This document shows positions 49,453 through 62,505 of a stretch of DNA of 64,000 nucleotides, piece after piece; positions within the stretch are counted from its first letter, which is position 1, and each line of letters opens with the position of its first letter. The DNA comes from Eledone cirrhosa (Eukaryota). Under the pieces are notes generated by a model. That model was not told where the DNA came from. It did no database searches and was given only the letters and a program-made list of their open reading frames with translations. The stretch covers positions 223,138,001 through 223,202,000 of the forward strand of contig OZ024743.1 of NCBI GenBank assembly GCA_964016885.1, read 5' to 3'. A program made the position numbers and the translations under genes.

Positions 49453-49999
49453 TAGTATCAGCTTCCCTCAAACAATCATAACCATCAATCAACAGATTTT
49501 TCATGTCTACTCTACTCTACATAACAACAACAACAAAAAAAACATATTGAGAACTCCTTTACATTTTATTAGACTAAAACTTTCATTAATGTTATCATCA
49601 TTTCAAAAATTTGACAATTGTAAACTTTTTTCTTTTCATATTCTATTGAAAAAAAATATTGGAAAATTAAAAAACTTCAATGTGGTAGAGCTCTTACTAT
49701 TGCTACATGTTTATATGTAAGTGTGTATAAATTCATATATATATATACACATAATGTATTTATGTATATGTGTGTGTGTGTGTTTAGATATGTGTATTCA
49801 TATATATGCATTCCATGTTTACAAGTGGATTCAAGTATGTGTGTGTGTGTGTGTTTACATGTGTGCATAAATCCATATATATGTATAATGTGTTTGTGCC
49901 TACATGTGAGTGTATGTACAGATATGTGTGTGAATTCATATATATACATGAGATGTTTCCATGTGTGTGTGTGTATCTGTGTATTTCAATGTCTATGAA

Positions 50000-50037
<38 letters not shown>

Positions 50038-50434
50038 TGTAAGTCTTTCTCTCTTCACATTTGTCAGCCTATATTAGTTACCAATGAACAAATATGCTAT
50101 AAAAATTTCTTATTTTACTTATGTATTAACTCCCTTAGTTGCTTCTTACTTCAATCTACTCTGAGGATCTGCAGAATAGTTATTTTCCAATGAAAAAAAA
50201 AAAAAGAAAAAAAAAGAAAACCAAACAAACAAAAAACCATGTAAGTTTATTTCTTGTGTATTCTTTACAAGAACGAACTTTTACAGAAATAATAAAAACT
50301 GTTTAAAACAGAAGAAAAGTTGTGTTTTTTAATAATATATCTAAATACTTTGTCGAGAGGTTGCTGAATGAGGAGAATGTGCGGAAAAGTAAGAATTTAT
50401 TCCAAGTAAACCCAACCGAGGCACCTGCTATTAA

Positions 50435-50640
50435 CCCTTTAGCATTTAAACTGGCCAGAATACTTTCACCTCTTTCTGTTTAAACAAGCCATAACTGGCT
50501 TCTCATACCAACTTTACGATATTGTTCTCAAAATAAATATCAAGATCTCAAGGATTCAATATTATGAGATAATTATGTGAGGAAAAGCCTTTATCATGAA
50601 AATACAATAGTAAATATAGAGTAATGTAAATGCTAAAGTG
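50435..50640. mobile_element. piggyBac-type MITE among RTE fragments
   Basis: TTAA at 50431-50434 and 50641-50644; RTE pieces ERLLNEEN (+, near 50355) and RKLGIDEWLVR (-, near 50750) lie on either side. Confidence 0.75.
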
Positions 50641-51519
50641 TTAAAGTTAGCAGTATGGTAGATATCTACATGCTAAATTTATGGCAGTGCTCATTGGTAA
50701 CCCTCACCCTGCTAATTGCACCCCTGTATATGGCTTGTACAACCCTCACAAGCCACTCATCTATCCCTAGCTTCCTAAACACCAACCTGATTACAGAACC
50801 TTGGATTCTGTAAAAAAAACAAACATTTTTAAGTTGACAAATATTAAGCATAGGGTTGTAGTGAGAGTCGCCTCCCTTGTTATGACGTCAAGTCAAAGCA
50901 TTGCCTGCTAAGGCACAGTTGGACTGCAGCCTCCGAACTGATAACATCTTCCTAGGGACCCCCATCATAAGGCCTAGGGATGGACATGCATTCCGATCCT
51001 TGCTTACTGCTGTTTGCTAACATATAACTCCAGGTATGAACTAACATTTATGCACACACCACTCCATCAATAAAACATGTTACGTTGATAAGCTTTGTTG
51101 TTTTTACTCTGACACCAATGCATACACTACCAATAACTTCTAGTGAATTCAATGGAGTCATAACATATTAAAAATAGAAGATATTCCCATCGGACATTGA
51201 CTAGCTACACTTCTCTAACTGACCACTTATCTTCTAAAGGGTCTTATTTTCAGCTAAATACTTCTCCTGTAGTCACCTCACTAGGAATATGACATCAGTA
51301 GTTCTCCCTGGCATGAAGCTAAATGGCATCTCATCTGGTCTCCTCTACTTGACCCCTGATGACAAGCGCCAACCTCATCGCTAACACCTTGGCCAAAATT
51401 TTGAGTTATGGCCTAAAATTATCAATATAATCCCTTTTGTTCTGGTCCTTTCTCAGCAGTGTTGTTAGATTTTATGACTATGATTCATATGGCTTGTTTC
51501 TTTTAGTTGCATTTGGGAT

Positions 51520-51848
51520 ATTGTTGTCGTTGTTGGTGTTCGTGATGTTGATGGTGGTGGTGGTGTTTGTGATGTTGATGGTGGTGGTGTTTGTGATGTT
51601 GATGGTGGTGGTGGTGATGGTGTTTGTGATGTTGATGGTAGTGGTATTTGTTATGCTGGTGGTGATAATGTTGATGGCGGTCGTGGTGATGTTTGTTATG
51701 TTAATGGTGGTGGTGGTAGTGTTTGTGATGTTGATGGTAGTGATGATATTTATGATGTTGGTGGTAGTGGTGATGTTGATGGTAGTCATAGTGGTGTTTG
51801 TGATGTTAATGGTGCTGGTGGTAGTGTTTGTGATGTTGATGGTAGTAG
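51520..51848. repeat. (GGT/GAT)-rich compound repeat
   Basis: Repeats of gtgtttgtgatgttgatggtg. Confidence 0.9.
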
Positions 51849-52124
51849 GCTTTTTTTATTTGGCCCACTCCACCTGGCGAGATTTAGCTCCAATTTATGG
51901 TAAGTCACTGTACATTATATTAAAGGGATTACCTTTTCTGTGTACAATGTCTGGTGCCCTATTTACAGTTTATAACAAAACCCTAAACAAGGAACGTTAG
52001 GCAAACAAGTGTAAAATCAACAAAACATGAAGTAAAGGTATGTGTGATGACTTCTCAAGAAACCAATAACAATAATAACAACAATAATAATAATATTGAT
52101 TTCTTTATTAGGTATAAGGGTTTG

Positions 52125-52175
<51 letters not shown>

Positions 52176-52369
52176 AGTATTGTACACACAGGGGTGAGAA
52201 TACATGAGTTTTGGACAAAACAGTAATACAAATACGAGGGTAAGGCAAAGATGTTATACTAAAGCCAAATTAAAATTTGATAAACATGAAATAAGTATAA
52301 AATTATTATAAAACAAATAATAATAATAATAATAATAAGAAGAAGAACCTGATGTAGACTAAACTCTCA

Positions 52370-53170
52370 GCCATCAGTGGCTGTGGAGTTCTGGGGTAAA
52401 AGCAGAGAGTCAGGTCTTCATTTTGGCTGTACAAGACCAGTGTCTTTCAACAAGCAACTTACAAGCCAAAGTGATCAGAAATGGAACTGACCAAAAGTGT
52501 TGATTCTGTGATGGGCATGTTGAGTCCATTGACCACCTGGTTTCAGGCTGCAAAGTATTAGCTCTCCAGGAATATAAAATGAGACATGATAGGGTGGGAC
52601 AATATTTACACTGGGTAATATGCAGGTTTTATGGTATAAAAACTTAGAGAAAATGATATAACCATCACCCAGATGCAGTAACAGGAGGCGAAAATGTGAT
52701 AATTCTATGGGAATTGCCTGTGAACACTGACAGAAAAATCAAGACCAACAGGCTTGATATAATTGTGAAGAACCATAAAGAGAAAACATGTTTCTTAATT
52801 GACATGGGCATTCCATCAGATCTCAAAAGAGTTTGAAACACTCAGTAAGTATAAAGATTTGTCAATTGAAACTGAGAAAATGTGGCACCTTAATGCCTGT
52901 ATAATACCAGTGATAGTCAATGCACTTGGAATTATAAAAAAGGGAATTGAAAAATATTTGGACCAGATACTTGGGAAGCCATCTCTGCAAGAAATACAGA
53001 GTATAGTACATGTCCTGAGAAGGGCATTATTAATTGAAATACATTGCAAAAACATTTACTCTTGTTTATGCCTTTAAGACATCATTTATATGAGAATTAA
53101 TTGTACCAAATTTTGCCTCAGGTGCGAGGTTGATGTTTGGCAAGACATGGGAAAGAAGCAGAATTCAAAG
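52370..53170 (+). mobile_element. R4/Dong-type RLE non-LTR retrotransposon remnant
   Basis: ILAVQDQCL; CCHC-like C*FC..ESIDHLVSGC; RHDRVG; ILWE..TD..NRLDIIV..FLIDM; KYKDL; multiple stops; flanked by (AAT)n. Confidence 0.85.
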
Positions 53171-53204
53171 GAATTTTCAAACCACGACAATGACCACAAC
53201 AATA

Positions 53205-55022
53205 ATAATAATTTTTGTTTCTACTTTTTGCACAAGGCCAGCAATTTGAATGTAAGAAGAATATTGATTAAATCAACCCTAGTGTATTACTGGTTGTTTA
53301 TTTTATCGACCATGTAAGGATGAAAGGCAAAGCTAACCTTGGCAGGATTTGAACTCAAAACATAAAGGGTCATAACTATATATTGCAAAGCATATTGTCT
53401 AATGCTTTACTGACACTGCCAATCAACCTCTCTTAATAATAAAAATAATAATATTGTTTCTACTTTAGGCACAATGCCAGCAATTATCCCAATACTTACA
53501 GGTGCTTTATTTATTGACCCCGTAAGGATGAAAGGCAAAGCTAACCACAGAGGTATTTGAACTTAGAACGTAAAGGGCCATAACTCTATGCTGTAAAGCA
53601 TGGTCTCTGACGCTCTACCGATACTGCCAAACCAAATGATAATAATGGTAATAATAATAATAGTAATAATTGTTTCTACTTTAGGCACAAGGCCAGCAAT
53701 TACCCAGTACATTACTGGTACTTAATTTTATCGACCCCGTAAGGATGAAAGGTAAAGTTAACCTCGGCGGGATTTGAACTCAGAATGTAAAGGGACGTAA
53801 CTATGCTAGAAAGCATGGCGTCCGACCCTATACCGATACTGCAAATTCACCGCCTTGATAATAATAGTAATAATAAAGAGTTTCCAAGGATGGTTAAAGA
53901 AGATTAGTCCAGCCCCGCTTTTTGGAACACTTCAAAAGGCATGCCTGCTGGGAACAGCAAGAACCCTCCGATACATCTTGAATATCTGAGGCTGCAGGTA
54001 GCAGCTTGATATTCATTTCAACAAACTTTCCAGTTAAATAACATCAATGACTGAGACTCAAAGAACAGTAATAATAAAAATAATAATCTGAGGGTGGATG
54101 TGATGCAAAAAAGTTGTATAATTGGATTGGCAAAAATGATTCAGAAAATCCCCAACTCACACAATATATACTCTACAAGATTAATACCCAATAAAATAAC
54201 ACAACTTACATTATACACACACACCATACACAACAGAACAAACACTAAAATAACACAAGAAACAAGCTAAACCTCCATAACTAAACAATACTTATGTACT
54301 ACACTAATACATAGAGCCTAAACTTTTTCAGTATCCACAAAAAAAATAAGAACAAACCATACTGCACACATCTTAGGAACACAGATATATACCAGGTGGT
54401 GTAGACGGAACTCACATGAAACAATTGAAATAACAATAATTCTTTCTAATATTGGTACAAGGCCAGTATTTTGGAGGAAGGGGAAGTTGATTATAATATG
54501 CCCAGTACTTGACTGGTATTTTATTTTATTGACCCCAGAAGGATGGAACGCAAAGTTGACCTCAGCATGATTTGAAACCAGAATGCAGAAAGCCATAATG
54601 AAATACTGCAATGCATTTCATCTGACATGATAACAATTCTGCCAATCTGCAGCCCTACTCTTAATAATAATAATAATAATAATTGTTTCTACTTTTGGCA
54701 CAAGGCCAGCAATTACCCAGTACATTACTGGTACTTTATTTTATCGACCCCGTAAGGATGAAAGGCAAAGTTAACCTCGGCGGGATTTGAGTTCAGATCA
54801 TAAAGAGCCGTAACTCTATGCTGCAAAGTATGGCGTCCAACCCTCTACCAATACTGCCAAACCACCGCCCTTAACAATAATAATGGTTTCTTATATAGGC
54901 ACAAGGCCATCAATTTTGGGGGAGGGAAAAGTCGATGAAATTGACCCCAGGGCGTGACTGGTACTTTATTTTATCGACCCCGTAAGGATCAAAGGCAAAG
55001 TTAATCTCGGCAGGATTTGAAA
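53205..55022 (-). mobile_element. cluster of 6-7 minus-strand SINE copies plus a Dong-like 3' end (53880-54065, +)
   Basis: Reverse complements of the SINE consensus in (AAT)n; QKACLLGTARTLRYILNI* near 53933-53990. Confidence 0.85.
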
Positions 55023-56300
55023 ATAATAATAATCTACAAATTTTTTAGTTGAGTGACAAGCAATAAGAAGATCAATGAGTAAATCACAGCTGTAAAAAGG
55101 AAAGCAAAAAGACATACCTTCTTGCACAATTCATGAAAAACATTCAAAATTTTAAATGTAAATAGTGCAACAATCTAAAAAAAAAAATCCCAATAACTTT
55201 GATCTTCAGTCAATTATAAGGAAATAAGAGATTTAAAAAATTGTGGTGTAAACTGCAAGTACAGACATGTTTTAACTTATCACCCTGCAATGATTTAGCT
55301 AAAAGTATCTAAAAATTGGTTTATTAATTCAATTCTTTATTAGTAGACAGATTATAGCAAAAAATTGCAGTATTAAAGTAAAGACTTCAATTTTTAATTT
55401 GATTTTGGTCTTATTTTCTAAATATTGTTAATTAGCTCTTTAATATCCTGTAACGATTCAGCAGAAAATATCTAAAACTGTTTTTTTAATTCAAATATTT
55501 ATAGTATCTTTATTAGTGGAATAGATTGTAGTGAAAGTTTGCAGTATTAAACTTCAATACTGAAGAGTTTGTTGAACTGATCTCGGGGCGTAACTAGCTA
55601 TTTATCTTATTGACCTGGAATGATTTTAATTTCGAAAATAAAGGACATAAAATGATTGCATGGTCATTGTCTTCCTAATGTGGTTATATGTAGTGCAGGA
55701 TATTAAAAGTTAATATGTAAAAAAGCTTTCCTTCAATTTGGCAAAATAATTTCTTTTTCTCTCAGCAAAATTCATACCATTTTAACCCTTTTGTTACTAT
55801 ATTTTTAATGAAAGACATTACTAAATATTTACAAATCATTTAGAAGACAATCAGAAATTTGGAGGGATTTTGTAATATAACTGATTTTCTCCTTATTTAG
55901 CTTGTGCTTTCAATGTATCTTAACAAAAGTTCTTACACAAATTATGATGGAAGGTTTTTAGATAAATAAAAAATACTTTAAAACAAATAGTTTTGTATCA
56001 TAGGACCAGTAAATATAACTAACTTTCTCATAATTATGGGAAGTTTTTAGATGGATATAAACATTTTAAAGTAAATAGTTTTGTATTGTAGAACAGAGGG
56101 ACAGTTTCAAAGGGTATCATATAAAAAAGGTTAAAGTGTTTTGTTTGGTGAAAAAAAGAATAACAAAGCATCATATTTTGAACCATATTATTTCTCGATT
56201 TTCTCACTGGTCTCCAGCAGGTAACACTATTAATATCCCTTTTTCATCCTGTAGCATCAATGTCTGTAGCCTCATTGTCATCGCAATATAGTTTTCTTTT

Positions 56301-56335
56301 CTACCGCCATATACGGCAGCTGTTATCTTTACTAC
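56301..56335 (-). CDS. DAW1: DAW1 last coding exon: (G)SKDNSCRIWR*
   Basis: AG acceptor at 56336-56337, phase 1, TAG stop; matches the DAW1 C-terminus GSKDNTCRIWR as I recall it. Confidence 0.93.
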
Positions 56336-57182
56336 CTGTAGAGTAAAATAGATAAAACAAGAAATCATTAGCATCCTTCAAACAGCTAATATTAATACTA
56401 GTATATAACGTGTTGTGTTATGGAGAGAATAAATAATATTTGGTTTCTTCACCAGATTGTAACAAAGCTATGTTTCTGGATTATATATATATATATATAT
56501 CATCATCATCACCATTTAATGTCCATTTTCCATGCTAGCATGGGTTAGCTGAGTTGTCCTATTGTGAGACAAGCCAGGTCAGATGACCATGTCTTGCTTA
56601 TACAGAACTGATGATGGCTTGGTTTCAATGGGTAGATGCCCTTCCTAATGCCAACCACATATACAGTATGTATTGGGTACTTTTTGTTATGACACCTACA
56701 TGGAGAATTTACAGTGTGGACTAAGCACTTTTTGTTGTGACACCAAAGCGATAACATTAAAGTGTGGATTGGTTGCTTGTCACCAAAATAACTACTTTTT
56801 TTGTGTCACCATCATGACCCCTTTACAGGTTGGACTGGGCATTTATTGCTGTGTCGCTAAACATGTATTTTCCATGCTTGCATGGGCTAGGGCTAGATGT
56901 TTTGTCACATTTTGAGACTAAACCAGACAGATAACCACATCTTGGTGGTGATCCTGATCCGATAACCATAGTGGAATGAAGTGAATACTAGGTTGGATAA
57001 CATTCATACTTCTGATTGGTCCATTTTGGGAGACAGTTACTTCTGATAAAACACTCTGGAATGCATTTTCTGATGACTCTGTTCCCATGACTCTCCCAGG
57101 AATATGATGGAGGAGGAAATAAGAGGTATTCATGCATTAGTAGTAAAAGCAAACACAAAATTTTATGAAAAACCTGAATTAC

Positions 57183-57345
57183 CTGTTATAATAGTATTGC
57201 CCTCATAATTAAAGGCACAGCTGAAAATTTCGTCTGTGTGTCCTTCAAGGACTTGTTTGCATGCCCCTGTCTCAGGATCCCATATCCGGGCAGTCTTGTC
57301 TGAAGATGCTGTCAAAATGGCCGTACCTTGGGGGTTGAATGTTAT
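57183..57345 (-). CDS. DAW1: DAW1 exon: [23 protein letters not shown]...[20 protein letters not shown]
   Basis: 163 nt, AG/GT borders, phase 0 to 1, WD40 repeats. Confidence 0.95.
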
Positions 57346-57788
57346 CTGAAAATAATAATGTTAAAAAATAATCAACAAAACAACAAAATCATGAAAGTCA
57401 ACATGTTTATTCTTATATTCTTTTACAGGTTTCAGTCATTAGACTGTGGCCATACTGGGGCAGCAACTTGATTTAGAAGATCATATCAATCCTAGTACAT
57501 ATTTTTTCAAGTCTGGTACTTGAGATAAATGCAGACATATATAGATATGTATATATATATATATATATATATATGGAATAACAAGTTATTGTTTTAGGTA
57601 TTCCAGTTAGAGGTTGTGAGTACTCTGTTCTATGGATAGTTTTAACGTACGGCATTGTTTGACTCAACAAGAGGTTTCCTTAGTTAGGTGGCGAGTTTGC
57701 GAGAATTCCCATGCAGGTCATTCTTGGAGTAATAGTAGTGAAAAAGTGAAGAATAATATGGTCAGCTGTACAAAAAGGGTTTTATTTA

Positions 57789-57903
57789 CAGTATTAACAA
57801 TTGTTTCATTGATCAGGTGAGTGTAAAGGCCGCTGATCACTCAAAATTGCGTCACTTGACCTTAAATACAGTGTGTGCCTCTGATCAAATCATCGGAATA
57901 CTG
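57789..57903 (-). ncRNA. type I hammerhead-like motif, long stem II, U4C core variant (family D), in DAW1 sense orientation
   Basis: caguauu CCGAUGA u uugaucag...cugaucaa u GAA ACAAUUGU U aauacug: perfect 7-bp stem I, 8-bp stem II, palindromic stem III. Confidence 0.72.
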
Positions 57904-58204
57904 GAGGGTGTAACACATGACATTGGTATTTATAGATATATCGGAGAATCAAGTGAATGAAAACAATAACATCAATAATAAAAGATAGTAAACAATAATA
58001 AAAGTATAAAGAAGTGAAAATGAAAATGATAAAGATGTACATACACACATACACAAACACACACACATATCTATACTTTATATGTATGTATGTAAGATCA
58101 TTCCCCCTCTCTATAATTTAACTGCTTTACTCTCTCTGTCGCTCTTCATTCTCTATATGACAACACTGTTTTAGTTTCCGTATCTCCCTTCAATATATAC
58201 ACAT

Positions 58205-58235
<31 letters not shown>

Positions 58236-59274
58236 GAGAAAGATTAGGAAAACTACATGCACACATCTACAGAGAGAGACAGAAAAACAGAATGAGAGAT
58301 AGGTCGTTAGACAGAGAGAGATACAATTAAAGTGTTAGTTATTCAGAGAGAGAGATAGAGAGAGTCGGAAGGACAATGTGACACGGGAGGGTGTGTGGTC
58401 TCTTTGCAGTGGAGTGGTGGGGCAGGTATACCTAGCTGGGCGCCAGCCGGACAGGCCAGCTAGTATATATATATATATATAAATATATACGATTCCTATT
58501 ATTCCTAATTGAAACCATTCCATAAGGACATGGATGTCACATCTTGCTTTTATTATGAAGAGGAATTAGGTAGAATCTTTAACCCATTCAAATTCTGCAA
58601 AAGTCAACTTCGACTTTCATCCCTCCAGGGTCAATAAAAAAAAAACATCAATCAAGTATAGAAATCAATTTAATCAATTCCCCACTCCCCCAAAATTACT
58701 GGCTAAATTATTGCCTAAATAAATATTGAGCAGTCAATCTTATGACTGCTAGTATCCTCGATTCCCAAACTGCTGTTTTCTTCTACAAAATTGGGAGGAA
58801 TGCATCTTGCCCAAGGAAGGAGCCCCATGAGTTTTACCATTTTTTCCATGAGGCACAGCTAAGATATACCACCAAAACAGGGATATAAAGTTGGCCACTC
58901 CCTCCTCTCTTCCATTACTTTCATTATTTAATTATTATCCGTAAGGAGGTTGACTTTGCCTTTCATCCTTACGGGGTCGATAAAATAAAGTACCAGTAAT
59001 GCACTGGATAATTGCTGGCCTTGTGCCTAAAGTAGAAACAATTATTTAATTATTATTTTTTTTACTACATACATTATATAACTTAATTGAAATTTGTTGA
59101 ATAAAAATGTTTATCTATGGAAAGTTTCCTATATTAGAAATCCTTATGGAAGTGAGGACTTGTGTTCTATACTAGAAAGTGAGGACTTGTGTGTTCGATA
59201 TTAGAAATCCTTGAGAAAGTTAAGACTTGTGTGCTAATCAAAAGAAAGAAGTATTTCTAATTAAAATGATTTAC

Positions 59275-59447
59275 TTTAGAAATCTCTCCTTCATGTCCCT
59301 CCAGCTTTGAGCATAAAGTGTGAGTGGCGGTGTTGTAAACACGAGCAGTTCCATCAGCAGAGGCTGTCATTAAATATTGACCTGTTAAATCAAAGCCAAC
59401 ATCCAGTACTTCATCTTTGTGACCACGGAACGTACCAATACATCTTC
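59275..59447 (-). CDS. DAW1: DAW1 exon: [19 protein letters not shown]...[10 protein letters not shown]
   Basis: 173 nt, AG/GT borders, phase 1 to 0. Confidence 0.95.
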
Positions 59448-59732
59448 CTAGAGAAACAAATAAAACAAGGAAAAATATTGAATATATATATATATATTTA
59501 TAATAGATGTATAAGATTAGTTTTTACATGCTGACTTGTGTGTGTGTCTGTGTGTGTGCTTCTATATTTTCAGGGAAGCATGTGATGAGGGTGCAATACA
59601 TCCCTCTGTGTACTTACAAATATTTATATAGTATGTGTACTTACATACATGTATTTCAGACATTTCCGTAATATCTCTTATATTGTATTATATATGGAAT
59701 TTAGCTACTGGTCAAACAAACAATATTATTAC

Positions 59733-59854
59733 CTGAAGATATGTCCCATAAATTGCATGTCTTGTCCATAGATCCGGAGACAACCAAAGAAGAGTCCCAG
59801 TTAAATTGGCAGCTGCTAACTTCAGCTTTGTGTCCAATCAACTTGTGGATACGT
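59733..59854 (-). CDS. DAW1: DAW1 exon: [40 protein letters not shown]
   Basis: 122 nt, AG/GT borders, phase 2 to 1. Confidence 0.95.
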
Positions 59855-60076
59855 CTAGTGAAAACAGCAATATCGATAGTTAGACATAGGTATAAATAGG
59901 GAAACAGACAAAAAGATAAGGTGACTAACAGAGAGATAGACAATTAACCCTTCTGTGATCGTATTTCTAATGAAATACATATTATTTCAATTAATTAATG
60001 AAGAATTTTGAGGGATGTGCTAAAATTACTATTTCATTACTAAGATAGTAATTTAACATATGGTTCTTATATAAAA

Positions 60077-61404
60077 TTATTTTAGAAGATTTCTATTTAC
60101 ATAAAAGCAGAGCTGATGTTGGTTGGTATCAAGAGTTAAATGGAAAGGTAAATCAGCAGACAGATATGTACACTCTATCAGTGCATGTCGTAAGAGCTGA
60201 AAATGAACATTACCTGAAAATGGATCCAATGCATGTAGCATGGCTCAATGATTAAGAAGTTCGCTTCACAAACATTAGGTCATGGGTTTAATCCCACTGT
60301 GTGGCATCTTGCACAAGTGTCATTTATCATAGCTTCAGATCAACCCATGCCTTGTGAGTGAACCTGAGTAGATAGAAACTGTTTGGAAGTTAGGATGGAA
60401 TGTATCTCTTATAATCCATAGGGTCAGCCTTGTTTCACACTGTGACATGCTGAATTATCATCACACACACACCCCACGCCACCGCCTAGGAAGATGGTGG
60501 CGTGGGGGGGGGGGGGGGGGTGATGATGATGATAATTCAGCATGTCACAGTGTGAAACAAGGCTGACCCTATGGATTATAAGAGATACATTCCATCCTAA
60601 CTTCCAAACAGTTTCTATCTACTCAGGTTCACTCACAAGGCATGGGTTGATCTGAAGCTATGATAAATGACACTTGTGCAAGATGCCACACAGTGGGATT
60701 AAACCCATGACCTAATGTTTGTGAAGCAAACTTCTTAATCATTCAGCCATGCTACATGTGTAGTGACCTACATTCCGCGGGCTCACATACATTCTCTGTG
60801 CATGATTTGGCTCAGCTCAGCCAATCAGCGCCAGTAGAAGAGAATGTATCCCTACGCGCCCTGAGCGAGAAATTCCCTGCGAGGATTTGAAGAATCATCC
60901 TCTCGCATCCTGAACTTCGAAGGAACAACACGTACAACATGTAACGGTGAGATTTTGGCCTGCCGGCCTGCCTCGGGCCTGGCACAATGGCACATTCCTT
61001 TTGTAACCTTTTTTAGGTTGAACTACAATCATATCATTTAACAAAACATTACTTTGTGCCACAACAAATAAACATACTTTTCATCTCACAAACATTCTTC
61101 TTGTTGACGTTATCAAGTTACTCGTTTGTCGATGTGACCAACACTTCTTTCTACCAAACTGATTACTCGTGGCGTTATAACAATTACATTATTTCCTCTA
61201 ACAACTTTATTACTACATTAAAACACCCTTATCATCTGCTAAACATTCATTGGATCCATTTTCAGGTAATGTTCATTTTCAGCTCTTACGACATGCACTG
61301 ATAGAGTGTACATATCTGTCTGCTGATTTACCTTCCCATTTAACTCTCTTGATACCAACCAACATCAGCTCTGCTTTTATGTAAATAGAAATCTTTAAAA
61401 TAAT
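60077..61404. repeat. long intronic palindrome (inverted duplication) containing a tRNA-derived SINE
   Basis: 60232-60460 pairs with 60530-60758 and 60077-60230 pairs with 61248-61404; central hairpin ccccacgccacc/ggtggcgtgggg. Confidence 0.9.
60759..61217 (+). mobile_element. putative solo LTR inserted in the palindrome's right arm
   Basis: Ends TGTAGT...ACTACA; internal ccaat and aataaa; CpG-rich; no clean TSD seen. Confidence 0.55.
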
Positions 61405-61414
61405 CAGTTGTAAT

Positions 61415-61691
61415 AAAATGAAAACGAAATTTCATTTCTCACTCTTCATAAGGAAAGTATATACTTTCGAACGTTCAACTATCTGGCAGATGGGTATACG
61501 GTGCTGATGATAGCTAACAAGCTTGAAACTAGTACATCGTTCCTGTGTCAGTGTTGAACAAAAAGGTGACGTGGTTGCCTTAACACCGTATGGCATAAAT
61601 TCAGGCTGTTCAGTTTGTTTACAAACGAACAAAGCGGGCGCTATAATAAGCGTCCGCTAAACTGATACGTACATATATGTATGTGTACCTG

Positions 61692-61731
<40 letters not shown>

Positions 61732-61790
61732 TGCTACTGTACGTCTGTATACATATATGTATGTACGTATACATACATACTTACATTTAA
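61415..61790 (+). mobile_element. solo, rearranged copy of the family-A hammerhead unit
   Basis: 61447-61789 is the reverse complement of the array unit; 61415-61446 is the unit's other end in the opposite orientation. Confidence 0.85.
61497..61541 (+). ncRNA. type I hammerhead (family A), solo copy, antisense to DAW1
   Basis: acggug CUGAUGA uagcuaacaagcuu GAA ACUAGU A caucgu. Confidence 0.78.
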
Positions 61791-62127
61791 AATAATCATT
61801 ATCATCATCATTTTATATCTGCTTTCCACATTGGCATGTACTGGATCGACTGTCAAGGTCTGAGACCAATCTGGTCAGAGAGACATGTACTGCTCATATC
61901 TTCCATATTTAGCATAGGGGTTTCTATGGTTGAATGCCCTTCTTAATGCCAACCCACCTTACAGTGTGTACTGGATTTGTTAATCTCTGATAATTACATT
62001 TAGGGCATACATGTATCTGTGGAATGCCCAGCCACTTACACTTTAATTTCATGAGCAAGCTGTACTATTGATTAAACAACAGGAACACTCATCTGGCAAC
62101 TGACTTGGTAGACACCCACAAAATTAT

Positions 62128-62505
62128 TGGCCAACAACAACCCTGAGCACCTTTTTGAATTCCTAACACCCATGGGCATACCTACAAAGTCAGAAAACAG
62201 CACAGCTCCCATGACTTTCGGAAACATTTTTTCACACTCAGAGTTGCTGAAGCATGGAACAAACTACTTACATCGATTGTTAGCTGTCGGGACACTGCAT
62301 TCTTCAAAACTTCCATGCTTCCCGAAATTCGCCAACACTACATCTAATATTCCCCCTTTATACACATGCACACTTGTATCTGTGTATATATACTCATACA
62401 CTGTTCATTTTCCTGATATTTGTACATTATTCTATGTACTATACATGCACCTTTGATGAGTTGTAGTGCATCAGAGCACTGTATACAATAATTTTTATTA
62501 TTATT
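62128..62505 (+). mobile_element. 3' end of a CR1-type LINE
   Basis: Homologous to 44222-44610. Confidence 0.8.

Noticed and set aside
51437-52000. Hydrophobic 187-aa ORF, and the Thr/Val-rich ORFs at 62530-63125
   Set aside because: Translations of simple repeats; the latter lie within a DAW1 intron.
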